Assembly: GCA_963841415.1 (NCBI GenBank)
Contig: CAWJCN010000004.1
Coordinates: 319,415-383,414 of the forward strand
DNA length: 64,000 nt
Reading direction: 5' to 3'
DNA from: an uncultured Actinomycetes bacterium
Lineage (GTDB): Bacteria; Actinomycetota; Acidimicrobiia; IMCC26256; DASPTH01
This document shows positions 1-9,273 of this stretch, one piece after another. The notes under the pieces are model-generated. The model was not told where the DNA came from. It worked only from the letters and a program-made list of their open reading frames with translations, and did no database searches. Within the stretch, counting starts at the first letter, position 1; each line of letters opens with the position of its first letter. The translations under genes and the position numbers were made by a program.

Positions 1-606
1 GCCACGCTGGTCGCGGCGCGTCCCGAGCTGAAGGCCGTGGATCCCGTCGTGGTCGCGCTCCCGCGCGGTGGCGTGCCGGTCGCCGCCGAAGTCGCGCGTG
101 CGCTCGGTTCACCGCTCGACGTCATCGTCGTGCGCAAGCTCGGCGTGCCCGGCCGCGCCGAACTGGCGATGGGTGCGATCGGCGAGGGCGGCGTACGCGT
201 GCTCGACCGCGAGGTACTGGCCTCGTGGCCGGTGACGGACGACCAGTTGCACACGGTCGAGGCACGTGAGCAGCGGGTGCTCGCGGAGCGTGCCGAACGG
301 CTGCGAGCCGGTCGCGAGCGCGTGTCACTCGCAGGCCGCGTCGTGGTGGTGGTCGACGACGGGCTCGCCACCGGGAGCACCGCGCGCGCCGCGATCGCCG
401 TGGCGCGCGCTTCCGGCGCGGCGAGCGTGGTGCTGGCGGTACCGGTGGCACCGCCCTCGACGGTGGCCGAGCTGTCGACGACGGCCGACGCGGTCGTGTG
501 CGTCGCCACCCCCGCCCCGTTCGCCGCGATCGGTCAGTGGTACCGCGACTTCTCGCCCACGTCCGACGACGAGGTCGTGCGGATCCTCGACGCCTTCAGG
601 ACGTGA
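1..606 (+). CDS. phosphoribosyltransferase-family protein, 5-prime end off-window
   Basis: Frame of ORF 37..606 stays open back to nt 1. Motifs VVALPRGGVPVA and VVVVVDDGLATGSTA (PRPP-binding loop). Confidence 0.75.
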   Translation, partial: ATLVAARPELKAVDPVVVALPRGGVPVAAEVARALGSPLDVIVVRKLGVPGRAELAMGAIGEGGVRVLDREVLASWPVTDDQLHTVEAREQRVLAERAERLRAGRERVSLAGRVVVVVDDGLATGSTARAAIAVARASGAASVVLAVPVAPPSTVAELSTTADAVVCVATPAPFAAIGQWYRDFSPTSDDEVVRILDAFRT

Positions 607-1615
607 GCGCGCGCCGCGTGCGGTCGACCGCGGCACGCCCGGGACCGCCGCTGGTCGGCGCTTCTTCTCCTCGCACTGGCGCATCGGCTCCCGCGAGCAC
701 CGCCGCGGTCGCGCCCGCCGACGCGCGCAGCGCAGGCAGGTCGTAACCACCCTCGAGGAAGGCGATCGTCCGCGCTCGCGCCGGCGCGAACGCGTGGACG
801 CGGGTGGCGAGCGCTTGGTAGTCGCCGGCCGTCCACACGAGGTCGGCGAGCGGATCGTCGCGGTGCGCGTCGAACCCGGCCGAGATCAGCACCCATGTGG
901 GCCGGAACTGCTCCACGGCCGGTGCAGCCACCTCGTCGATGGCAGTGAGGGCGACGTCGCCGGTCGCGCCGGGCGGCAGCGGGAAGTTGAGCGTCAGCCC
1001 GGGTGCGTGCGCACCACCGGTCTCGTCGGCGCGACCGGTCCCCGGATAGGCCGGGTACTGATGGGTCGACACGAAGAGCACGCGAGGGTCGTCCCAGAAC
1101 ACGTCCTGCGTGCCGTTGCCGTGGTGCACGTCCCAGTCGACGATCAGCACCCGCTCACCACGCGCCGCGAGGGTCGCGGCGGTGATCGCGACGTTGTTGA
1201 ACAGGCAGAAGCCCTGGCCGCGAGCGGCGACCGCGTGGTGACCCGGCGGGCGCACGACCACGAACGCGGCGTCGGCCGTGCCCGCGCCGAGTGCCTCGAC
1301 GGCTGCGAGCCCGCAGCCCGCGGCTCGGGTGGCCGCCGCGAACGAGTGGGGCGCAACCACCGTGTCGGCGTCGAGGCGCCCGCCGCCGGCCACCGCGAAC
1401 TCCTCCAGCGCGTCCACGTACCGCTCTTCGTGCACGAGGGTCAGCTCGTCGCGTCGGGCATCACGACCCACGTCGCGCGCGACGTCGTCAGCCAGGTGAA
1501 CGTCGTCGATACCGGCGAGCACGGCCTCGACACGGCCGATCCGCTCCGGGTGCCCGCGGCCGGTGTCGTGGGCGCCAGAGTCGGGGGGGACGACGACGAG
1601 CAGGCGGGTCGGCAT
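596..1615 (-). CDS. histone deacetylase-family amidohydrolase (AcuC/HDAC-like)
   Basis: 339 aa. Motifs RPPGHHA and DWDVHHGNGTQDVFWDDPRVLFVSTHQYPAYPGTG are typical of the arginase/HDAC fold. Confidence 0.8.
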   Translation of the reverse strand: MPTRLLVVVPPDSGAHDTGRGHPERIGRVEAVLAGIDDVHLADDVARDVGRDARRDELTLVHEERYVDALEEFAVAGGGRLDADTVVAPHSFAAATRAAGCGLAAVEALGAGTADAAFVVVRPPGHHAVAARGQGFCLFNNVAITAATLAARGERVLIVDWDVHHGNGTQDVFWDDPRVLFVSTHQYPAYPGTGRADETGGAHAPGLTLNFPLPPGATGDVALTAIDEVAAPAVEQFRPTWVLISAGFDAHRDDPLADLVWTAGDYQALATRVHAFAPARARTIAFLEGGYDLPALRASAGATAAVLAGADAPVRGEEAPTSGGPGRAAVDRTRRALTS

Positions 1616-1642
1616 CGCGTCGCCGCGTCGCTGCGCCGACCG

Positions 1643-2503
1643 TCAGCGCGTGCTGGGAGCGACGGCCGGTTCGCGCAGGTCGATGACTCGCGGTACGCGA
1701 CGACGCATGCCGAGACGGCGTCCGGCCAGCATCAGGCCGAGCTCGAGTCCCACCAGCGCGCCGACGTCGACGAGCACCCGCAGCGAGTTCGGCATCGCGC
1801 CCGCGAAGAACGCGAGCGCGGCGAGGTCGATGGTGAGGTGCACCAGGAAGCCGGGAATCAGCGAGCCCGAGCGCAGTGCGGAGTAGCCGAGCAGAACCGC
1901 CAAGCTCACGAACGGCAGGACGTTCACCGCGCCGCTCATCTGATCGACATGACCGGGAAGCGAGCTGAACACGAGCCCGGCACCGACGAGTCCGGCGATC
2001 GCAGGGACCGTGCCCCAGTGCGCGGTGTCGCGCCAGTTGCGCCCGGCGATCCGCGCGCACGCGGCACCGATGAGGATCACCGCCGCGAGCCTGTACACCA
2101 GCTCCTCCCCAGCCACCGCGACGACGATGCCCTCGACGTCGCGGAGCTCGGCAACCGACTGCGGGTAGGAGATGCACCACACCACGAGGATGGAGCCGCC
2201 GAGCATGAGGAACTCGCGCCACGCAGCCAGGCTGCGGCGCGAGAACCCGAGGTGGCGGGGACCGATCAGCGCGATGAGCACCGCGCAGAGCGGCAGCGCC
2301 GGCGACATCGACACCCGGCCGAGGTACCACTCGGGTTCGCCCCACCACGACGTCGCCACGTCGACGACCACCGCGGCCGCGCACACCCAGAGGACCGCCG
2401 CCGAGATCGGCCACGACGCCCAGCCCGTCCAGCGCCACGCCCAGCCGGTCGAGCTGGCGTGGTCGTCCACCGGGATGTGGTCGGGACGCTCGTCGGTCTG
2501 CAT
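1643..2503 (-). CDS. CPBP-family intramembrane protease
   Basis: Multi-TM 286 aa protein with EELVYR and FLVHLTID motifs. Confidence 0.65.
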   Translation of the reverse strand: MQTDERPDHIPVDDHASSTGWAWRWTGWASWPISAAVLWVCAAAVVVDVATSWWGEPEWYLGRVSMSPALPLCAVLIALIGPRHLGFSRRSLAAWREFLMLGGSILVVWCISYPQSVAELRDVEGIVVAVAGEELVYRLAAVILIGAACARIAGRNWRDTAHWGTVPAIAGLVGAGLVFSSLPGHVDQMSGAVNVLPFVSLAVLLGYSALRSGSLIPGFLVHLTIDLAALAFFAGAMPNSLRVLVDVGALVGLELGLMLAGRRLGMRRRVPRVIDLREPAVAPSTR

Positions 2504-2590
2504 CGATGACGATTGTGACCGACGTCGCTCGCGCGTGCGACTCCCGGCACTCCAAATGTGGGTAAAGGTTTTCGCGCGCAGAGTGGTCGG

Positions 2591-3295
2591 TTAGCCGAGA
2601 TGCGTGGCGAACCAGTCCAAGGTGCGCTGCCACGCGTCCTTCGCCGACGCCTCGTGGTAGGCGTCGCGCGCGTCGCAGTGGAAGCCGTGCTCGGCGTCGG
2701 CGTAGCGCACGACCTCTGCCGCCACCGCTGCGCCACCGACCCCGCCCCGGAGCTCCTCGACGCCGACGACTGGAATGCCCTGGTCGAGATCACCGAACAG
2801 CCCGAGCCACGGCGTCTGCAGCGTGGGCGCCTCGTCGATCAGCGCCGGGAGGCCGAGCGGGCTGCCAGCCACGATCCCGCCGCCGTAGAAGGTGACTGCC
2901 GCGCCGAGCGTGCGCCGCGCTGCCACGAGGAAGCTGACGCGCCCACCGAAGCAGAAGCCGACGATCCCGATGCGCGAGCGGTCGAAGCCCTGTCCCTCCA
3001 GGAGCGCGATGGTCGCGTCGACGTCGGCGAGCATGCAGTCGTCCGACACGCCTTCGAACAGCGGCATGACCTTCGCGAAGTCGTCGTAGGCGGCGGTGCC
3101 ACCGCCGGCGCGGTGGAACAGCGCGGGCGCAACCCCGACATACCCGGCCGCGGCGATGCGGCGCGTGACGTCCTGGATGTGGTCGTTCACGCCGAACGCT
3201 TCCTGGATGACGATGACCGCGCCGCGAGGTTCGCCGTCGGGCGCGGCCTCGTACACGTCCATCGCGCCGTCGGGCGTCTCCAGGGTCACCGTCAC
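2591..3295 (-). CDS. dienelactone hydrolase-family protein
   Basis: 234 aa. VIVIQEAFGVNDHIQD, GIVGFCFGG nucleophile elbow, C-terminal AEHGFH. Its start lies 2 nt after the stop of the upstream 2Fe-2S gene. Confidence 0.8.
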   Translation of the reverse strand: MTVTLETPDGAMDVYEAAPDGEPRGAVIVIQEAFGVNDHIQDVTRRIAAAGYVGVAPALFHRAGGGTAAYDDFAKVMPLFEGVSDDCMLADVDATIALLEGQGFDRSRIGIVGFCFGGRVSFLVAARRTLGAAVTFYGGGIVAGSPLGLPALIDEAPTLQTPWLGLFGDLDQGIPVVGVEELRGGVGGAAVAAEVVRYADAEHGFHCDARDAYHEASAKDAWQRTLDWFATHLG

Positions 3296-3296
3296 G

Positions 3297-3782
3297 TCAG
3301 GAACCTTGGGGGCTCATCGTCTCGGCCGCGAGCTGGACCGCCTTGATGATCCCCTGGTAGCCCGTGCAGCGGCACAAGTTGCCCGAGAGCCCCTCCTTGA
3401 TCTCGTCGAGGGTCGGGCGGGGGTTGTCCTGCAAGAACGCGTGCACGCTCACCACGAATCCGGGGGTGCAGAAACCGCACTGCAGTCCGTGCGCCTGGCG
3501 GAACGCCTCCTGCACGGGACCGAGCGACCCGTCGGCGGGACCGATGCCTTCGATCGTGGTGATGTCGGCGCCGTCGGCCTGGACCGCGAAGATCAGGCAC
3601 GACCGCACCGCCTCGCCGTCGACGAGGATGGTGCACGCGCCGCAGACGCCGTGCTCACACCCGAGGTGCGTCCCCGTGAGGCCACAGTCCTCGCGCAGGT
3701 AGTCGGCGAGCGTCTTGCGCGCCTCGGCCGACCCGGAGTGCGACTCTCCGTTGACCGTGAACTGGATGGCGTGCTCAGCCAC
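3297..3782 (-). CDS. (2Fe-2S)-binding small subunit of a molybdo-flavoprotein dehydrogenase (CoxS-like)
   Basis: Internal GTG at 3782 within ORF 3297..4076, overlapping the upstream gene by 8 nt. Cluster motifs CEHGVCGACT, CGFCTPG, CRCTGY. Confidence 0.85.
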   Translation of the reverse strand: MAEHAIQFTVNGESHSGSAEARKTLADYLREDCGLTGTHLGCEHGVCGACTILVDGEAVRSCLIFAVQADGADITTIEGIGPADGSLGPVQEAFRQAHGLQCGFCTPGFVVSVHAFLQDNPRPTLDEIKEGLSGNLCRCTGYQGIIKAVQLAAETMSPQGS

Positions 3783-4644
3783 GCGCGGCTCCCAGGGCTC
3801 GATCGAGGGCGCGCACCACGAGATGGGCGCCGACGTGCTTTCGGTATTCGGCCGACGCGTGGACGTCGGCCGTCGGGTCGGTGTCGGCGACCGCGAGGCG
3901 GCCGATCTCCTCGAGCTCGGTGGCGTCGGGTGCAGTCCCCACGAGCGCCTCCTCGGCCTGACGGGCGCGCACCGGTGTGGACGCCATGCCGAGGAACGAG
4001 ATACCGGCACGCGAGACGTCGCCCGCGCCGTCGACCTCCACCGCGGCCACGACGCCCGTGAGCGCGAAGTCGCCACTGCGGCGCGCCACTTCCTCGACCG
4101 CGAAGCCGACGTTGCCCGTCCACACCGGGAAGTGCACCGCGCTCAGGATCTCGTCCTCGCCGACGGTCGTCGTCCAGGTGCCGACGAAGAAGTCCGCCGC
4201 GGAGACGGTGCGAGTGCCGCTGGCGCCGATGACCTCGAGCTCGGCGTCGAGCGCCAGCGCGACCGCGGGCAGCTCCGACGCAGGGTCGGCGTGGGCGATG
4301 GAGCCACCGACCGTGCCACGGTTGCGGATCTGGAAGTGACCGATGAGCGGGATCGCCTGGGCGAGGAGCGGCACCGCCTCGCCGGCCGCCGCGTCGTGCT
4401 CGACGGTGCGTTGGGTCGTCATCGACCTCACCGTCAGCGTGCCGTTCGCGCGGGTCACCCCCCGCAGCTGCTCGACCCGGTTGAGATCGACGATGTGCTC
4501 GAACCGCGTGAGGCGGAGCGCCAGCATGGGCACGAGGCTCTGGCCGCCGGCGAGCACCTTGGCTTCGTCGCCGTGCTCGGCGAGGAGCGCGGTGACGTCG
4601 GAGAGCGACTCCGGCGCGTGGTACTCGAACGGTGCGGGCTTCAT
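3775..4644 (-). CDS. FAD-binding medium subunit (CoxM / xanthine dehydrogenase subunit M-like)
   Basis: ATG at 4644 (MKPAPFEYHAPESL) inside ORF 3775..4881. AGGQSLVPMLALRL and IRNRGTVGGSIAHADPASELP motifs. Confidence 0.85.
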   Translation of the reverse strand: MKPAPFEYHAPESLSDVTALLAEHGDEAKVLAGGQSLVPMLALRLTRFEHIVDLNRVEQLRGVTRANGTLTVRSMTTQRTVEHDAAAGEAVPLLAQAIPLIGHFQIRNRGTVGGSIAHADPASELPAVALALDAELEVIGASGTRTVSAADFFVGTWTTTVGEDEILSAVHFPVWTGNVGFAVEEVARRSGDFALTGVVAAVEVDGAGDVSRAGISFLGMASTPVRARQAEEALVGTAPDATELEEIGRLAVADTDPTADVHASAEYRKHVGAHLVVRALDRALGAARG

Positions 4645-4669
4645 CGGCAGCTCCCAGAGGTGAGGCCGC

Positions 4670-5425
4670 GTGAACCTACCGCAGGCCCAACCGGCACGCA
4701 CGCTCGCGGTTGGCGACGATAGGGTCGGTGTGGTGCCTGACGACGAGCTTCCCCCGGCGATCCCGGCCGCCACCGTGGTGCTGCTCCGCGACGGCGCCGA
4801 CGGCGTCGAGACCCTCATGTTGCGTCGCGACTCGAAGCTCGCGTTCGCCGGGGGCGCGTGGGTGTTCCCGGGAGGCCGCATCGACCCCGAGGACTACCCG
4901 GGTGGCGAGGTGTCCGACGACGCGGACGCGGTGCTGACCGCTGCCCGCAACGCGGCCACCCGCGAGGCGATGGAAGAGGCCGCGCTCGTCGTCGACCCGG
5001 ATTCCCTCGTGTGGCTCGCGCACTGGACACCCGGCGCGGTTCCGGCGCGCCGCTTCGCGACGTGGTTCTTCATCGGGGCCGCGCCCGACGGACAGGTCGT
5101 CGTCGACGACGGGGAGATCCGCGAGCACCAGTGGATCCGTCCGGCCGACGCGCTCGCCCGCCGGGAATCAGGCGAGATCGAGCTGATCCCGCCCACGTGG
5201 GTGACCCTGCACAAGCTGGCCGAGGCCTCCAGCACCGAGCAGGCGTGCGCGGAAGCCCGCGCGCGCGAGCCGGAGATCTTCCTCACGCACATCGCGCGGG
5301 TCGACGGGGGCGTCGCGTCGATCTGGCAGGGCGACGTCGCCTACGACGACCTCGACACCGCGAAGCCCGGTCCGCGCAACCGGCTGCTCATGCTCGAGAC
5401 CGGGTGGCGGCTCGAGGCGACCTGA
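4670..5425 (+). CDS. NUDIX hydrolase
   Basis: 251 aa. Nudix-box-like GGRIDPED...REAMEEAAL. Start codon choice uncertain. Confidence 0.7.
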   Translation: MNLPQAQPARTLAVGDDRVGVVPDDELPPAIPAATVVLLRDGADGVETLMLRRDSKLAFAGGAWVFPGGRIDPEDYPGGEVSDDADAVLTAARNAATREAMEEAALVVDPDSLVWLAHWTPGAVPARRFATWFFIGAAPDGQVVVDDGEIREHQWIRPADALARRESGEIELIPPTWVTLHKLAEASSTEQACAEARAREPEIFLTHIARVDGGVASIWQGDVAYDDLDTAKPGPRNRLLMLETGWRLEAT

Positions 5426-5493
5426 CGGACCTGTCCTGACAGACCCTCCGCGGTGCCCAGGTTCGCCAGGGCCCGCCGCGTAGTGTCAGCGGC

Positions 5494-6777
5494 TTGCCCC
5501 GCCGACGCCCGCTCCGCCGGATCACCGATGGTCCCGACCTCTCGTGGGCGGGTCGGCTGGTCGTGCTCCTGACGGGTGTCGCGCTCCTCGCGGTGGCCTG
5601 CAGCGACGGTGGCGGCTCCGACCAGGCGGCGACCACGACGACCGCCGGTGGGGGGACGACGGCGACGACCGCGGCGCCGGCCACCACCTCGGCGCCGAAG
5701 AAGATCGACACCATCCCCGGCATGCCCGGCGTGCCCGACCCGTCGAACCTCTACAGCGAGACGAAGACCAACAACTTCGCCGAAGCCACCAAGGGTGCGC
5801 TGACCCGCGTCTACGTGCCCAACCGTGGGGCCAACACCGTGTCGGTGATCGATCCGGCCACCATGCAGGTCGTCGACACCTTCGACGTCGGACTCAACCC
5901 GCAGCACGTCGTGCCGTCGTACGACCTCAGGACGCTGTGGGTCACGAACAACGCCGAGGGCACCACCGACGGCACGCTCACACCGATCGACCCCAAGACC
6001 GGGAAGCCCGGGCAGTCGGTCAAGGTCGACGACCCCTACAACATGTACTTCACGCCCGACGGCAAGTACGCCATCAACGTCGCCGAGGCGCGCAAGCGGC
6101 TCGACTTCCTCGACCCGCACACGATGACGGTGGAGAGCTCACTCGACGTGCCCGGGTGCGACGGCATCAACCACGCCGACTTCACCATCGACGGACGCTT
6201 CGCGCTGTTCACGTGCGAGTTCGGCGGCAGCATCGCGAAGATCGACGTCCTGAACCACACCGTGGTCGGCTACCTGCATCTCAGTGGGGGCGGCATGCCC
6301 CAGGACATCCGGTCGTCGCCCGACGGCAGCACGTTCTACGTGGCCGAGATGATGCGCGGCGGCGTCTACACCGTCGACCCCAACACCTTCACCGAGACCG
6401 GCTTCATCCCGTCGGGCATCGGGACGCACGGCCTGTACCCGAGCCGCGATGGGACCAAGCTCTACATCGCCAACCGCGGCAGCGACCACGTGGGTGGTCC
6501 ACCGCACGGTCCCGGCAGCGTGTCGGTGCTCGACTTCGCGACCAAGCAGATCGTCGCCACGTGGCCGATCCCCGGAGGCGGCAGCCCCGACATGGGCAAC
6601 GTCAGCAACGACGGCAAGACGCTGTGGTTGAGCGGCCGCTACGACGACGTCGTCTACGCGATCGACACCGCGTCGGGCAACGTCGTCCAGATCCCGGTCG
6701 GCAAGGAGCCCCACGGCCTCACGGTGTGGCCCCAGCCCGGCCGCTACTCGCTCGGCCACACCGGCAACATGCGGTAG
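5494..6777 (+). CDS. YVTN-type beta-propeller repeat lipoprotein
   Basis: Signal peptide with lipobox LLAVAC. Repeated motifs such as YVPNRGANTVSVID and LYIANRGSDHV. Confidence 0.7.
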   Translation: MPRRRPLRRITDGPDLSWAGRLVVLLTGVALLAVACSDGGGSDQAATTTTAGGGTTATTAAPATTSAPKKIDTIPGMPGVPDPSNLYSETKTNNFAEATKGALTRVYVPNRGANTVSVIDPATMQVVDTFDVGLNPQHVVPSYDLRTLWVTNNAEGTTDGTLTPIDPKTGKPGQSVKVDDPYNMYFTPDGKYAINVAEARKRLDFLDPHTMTVESSLDVPGCDGINHADFTIDGRFALFTCEFGGSIAKIDVLNHTVVGYLHLSGGGMPQDIRSSPDGSTFYVAEMMRGGVYTVDPNTFTETGFIPSGIGTHGLYPSRDGTKLYIANRGSDHVGGPPHGPGSVSVLDFATKQIVATWPIPGGGSPDMGNVSNDGKTLWLSGRYDDVVYAIDTASGNVVQIPVGKEPHGLTVWPQPGRYSLGHTGNMR

Positions 6778-6799
6778 CTGCGCCTCCACGACCCAACCT

Positions 6800-6853
6800 G
6801 CGTCGAAGTGACGGAGCTACGCCACAGACGGAACTACGCCGCAACTTCGACGC
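6800..6853. terminator. 10-bp inverted repeat between convergent genes (candidate bidirectional terminator)
   Basis: GCGTCGAAGT (6800-6809) pairs with ACTTCGACGC (6844-6853). The loop holds a direct repeat, GGAGCTACGCC / GGAACTACGCC. Confidence 0.3.
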
Positions 6854-6875
6854 ATGTTCGTCTGGGTGGAGCAAG

Positions 6876-7841
6876 TCAGTGGGGGGTGGTGGTCAGGGTG
6901 AGGACGGTGACGGTGGCGCGGGGGACGCGGTCCTGGCTCTGGCCACCGACGAGGTAGCCGCGACCGCCGACGACGACGGCCGCGCCGTCGGACACGGCGG
7001 TCGGCAGGGTCCCTGCGGCCACGGTCGTGGCGGTCGCCGGGTCGAAGCGCAGGATCTGGTTGCTCAGGCGCGTGTTCTCGACGTAGCCACCGAGGAGGAA
7101 CGCCTGCCCGCGCAGCACGACAGTGCTTGCGTGCGAGAGCGACGTCGGCAGTTGGGCAACGGTGTCGACCACGCCGCTCGCGGTGTCGAAGCGTTGGACC
7201 GCCCGCGTGTCGATGCCCTCTGCGGGATTGCTCACGCCGCCGAACAGGTAGATGGCCTTGCCGACGACGGCCACCGCCGGGTAGCGCACCGGGACCGGGA
7301 GCGTACCGACCTTCGTGAACGTGATGCCATCGGTGGTGCGGAGGATGTCGGCGAGCATCGTGGATCCGTCGGCGCCGCCGAACACGTACGTCGCGCGCCC
7401 GACGCGCGCGGCGACGAGATCGGCGCGCGCGACGGGCATCGCGCCGATGACGCTGCCGGTGCCATGGTCGGGCACCGCCTGCACGTCGGCCGTTCCCGCT
7501 TCACCGGTCCCGCCGCCGAACACCAGCACGCGCCGGCCCGCGCGCACCCCGGCGGCATCGTGCACGCCCACCGTCAACGCGCCCGCGGGCGTCGACGTTC
7601 CCGTGCGCGGGTCGATGTTCACGACCGCCGCGGTGGACGCGCCCGACGCGTCGAGCCCACCGACGATGGTGAAGCGCGCGCCGGACGCCACGACCACCTC
7701 TCGCGCGACGGGCGCCGGTAGGGTCCACGAGGCGTCCGCAACCCGCACCGACGGCAGCGTCTTCGGCTTGGCGCCGGCGCCGCTGCCGGCCAGGACCGTG
7801 GCGACCGCGAGCGCGATCGCCGTTGCGGTCCGGCGGATCAC
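6876..7841 (-). CDS. Kelch-repeat secreted protein
   Basis: Repeated VFGGG / FGGADG / LFGGVS / LLGGYV / LVGGQS blades. Probable GTG start at 7841 (VIRRTATAIALAV signal), overlapping the upstream stop by 4 nt. Confidence 0.7.
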   Translation of the reverse strand: MIRRTATAIALAVATVLAGSGAGAKPKTLPSVRVADASWTLPAPVAREVVVASGARFTIVGGLDASGASTAAVVNIDPRTGTSTPAGALTVGVHDAAGVRAGRRVLVFGGGTGEAGTADVQAVPDHGTGSVIGAMPVARADLVAARVGRATYVFGGADGSTMLADILRTTDGITFTKVGTLPVPVRYPAVAVVGKAIYLFGGVSNPAEGIDTRAVQRFDTASGVVDTVAQLPTSLSHASTVVLRGQAFLLGGYVENTRLSNQILRFDPATATTVAAGTLPTAVSDGAAVVVGGRGYLVGGQSQDRVPRATVTVLTLTTTPH

Positions 7842-8412
7842 GCGTTCCACACGCGCAGCACTCGCTGCTCGCGCTCGTGCCCGAGGAAGCTCAACGTGGC
7901 GGTGTCGAGCCCGAGCCACGCGCCGGCCGCAGCCGGCTCGCCGATCCAACGCGCGCCGAGCACGCGCAGGAAGTGGCCGTGCGAGAACAGCGCGACCGCA
8001 CCGTCTGCCTCAACCGCGCGCGCGAGCACGCGGTCGGCGCGCGTGGTCACCTCGTCCGCGGTCTCGCCGTTGGGCACACCGTCGCGGAAGATCGTCCAAC
8101 CCGGCATCTCGGTGCGGATCTCCTCGGTGGTCCGGCCCTCGTAGTCGCCGTAGTTCCACTCGGCCAGGTCGTCGGTGACTTCGGCGCGGGCCGCGATCCC
8201 GGCGTACTCGCACGTCATGCGGGCTCGCGGCGCGGGCTGGTGAGCACGAGCGAGAAGTCGATCTCGCGCAGCCGCGCTGCCAACGCACGGGCCTGATCAT
8301 CTCCGTGTGTGGTGAGCGCGATGTCGGTGTACGACGTGTGGCGCCCCGAGCTGCTCCACTCGGTTTCGCCGTGACGCACGAGGACAACGGTGACATCGGG
8401 AGTGACGGTCAC
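7838..8412 (-). CDS. histidine phosphatase (PGM/SixA-like) family protein, reading frame broken near 8215-8222
   Basis: ORF 8215..8412 carries VVLVRHGETEWS and LVLTSPRR. ORF 7838..8218 carries FSHGHFLRVL. They join into one normal-length protein if 1 nt is added. Confidence 0.75.
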
Positions 8413-8469
8413 CGTGCCTTTCTACTCGGGCCGCGCCCGACGTCGGGTGTAACGTGCGGGCGACAATTG

Positions 8470-8565
8470 CATCCCGGGGAGCTCGGGTCAGCCGGGCTGA
8501 GAGGGCGACCGCCACGCGTCGCCGACCCCTCGAACCTGAACCGGGTAATGCCGGCGGAGGGAACC
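8470..8565 (+). promoter_or_regulatory. TPP (THI-box) riboswitch
   Basis: Canonical order of CTGAGA ... ACCC..GAACCTGA..GGGTAATGCC..GGAGGGAA. It ends immediately before the ATG at 8566, so the 3-prime strand covers the GGAGGGA Shine-Dalgarno. Confidence 0.85.
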
Positions 8566-9273
8566 ATGGGACCACGTGATCCGCGTGCCGGGCGCGAGCT
8601 GACGGCGTTGGTGTTCGCGGGCGGCGATCCACCCGATCCCCGTGAGCTACCGCCGGGACTCGAGACCGACGTCGTGATCGCAGCCGATTCCGGACTCGAG
8701 AACGCTTGCTCACTCGGGGTGTCGGTTGATCTCGTGGTCGGCGACCTCGATTCCGTCGACCCCGCGGTACTGGCAGCGGCCGTCGCCAACGGAACCGCGG
8801 TCGAGGAGCACCCGCGCGCCAAGGACGCCACCGACCTGGAGCTCGCGTTGGATGCCGCGCTCGCTCGACGTGCAACGCGAGTGTTCGTGGTGGGCGCGGA
8901 CGGCGGGCGCTTCGACCACTTCCTCGCCAACGTCCTGCTCCTCGGATCCCCCCGGTTCGCGGAGGTCACCGTCGTTGCCCGGATCGGCGGCGCGCACGTG
9001 GCGGTCGTACGCGATCACGTCGAACTTCTCGCGGCACCGGGAGCGGTCTGCTCGTTGTTGCCGGTTGGCGGAGCCGCAATCGGTGTCGTGACGCGCGGGC
9101 TGCGTTATCCGCTCGATCACGAGGACCTCACGCCCGGCTCGACCCGCGGCGTCAGCAACGAGTTCATCGACCCCCACGCTGCCGTGTCGCTCGACTCGGG
9201 CGTGCTCGTCGCCATCGTACCCACCTCCTTCCCCACCGCTTCCTCATCCCGCGATGTCGGAAAGGACGCCTGA
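8566..9273 (+). CDS. thiN: thiamine pyrophosphokinase
   Basis: ATG at 8566 inside ORF 8305..9273. VVIAADSGLENA, LVVGDLDSV, KDATDLELAL motifs. Confidence 0.8.
   Translation: MGPRDPRAGRELTALVFAGGDPPDPRELPPGLETDVVIAADSGLENACSLGVSVDLVVGDLDSVDPAVLAAAVANGTAVEEHPRAKDATDLELALDAALARRATRVFVVGADGGRFDHFLANVLLLGSPRFAEVTVVARIGGAHVAVVRDHVELLAAPGAVCSLLPVGGAAIGVVTRGLRYPLDHEDLTPGSTRGVSNEFIDPHAAVSLDSGVLVAIVPTSFPTASSSRDVGKDA

Noticed and set aside
266-2509. Very long track ORFs such as 266..2509, 9117..10406, 10282..12033, 29624..31417, 41400..43637, 43282..45654, 56382..58088 (upper part) and 62496..63857
   Set aside because: These are Arg/Pro/Gly-rich shadow frames overlapping or antisense to genes with clear family motifs, typical of GC-rich DNA. 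No motifs were recognised in them.
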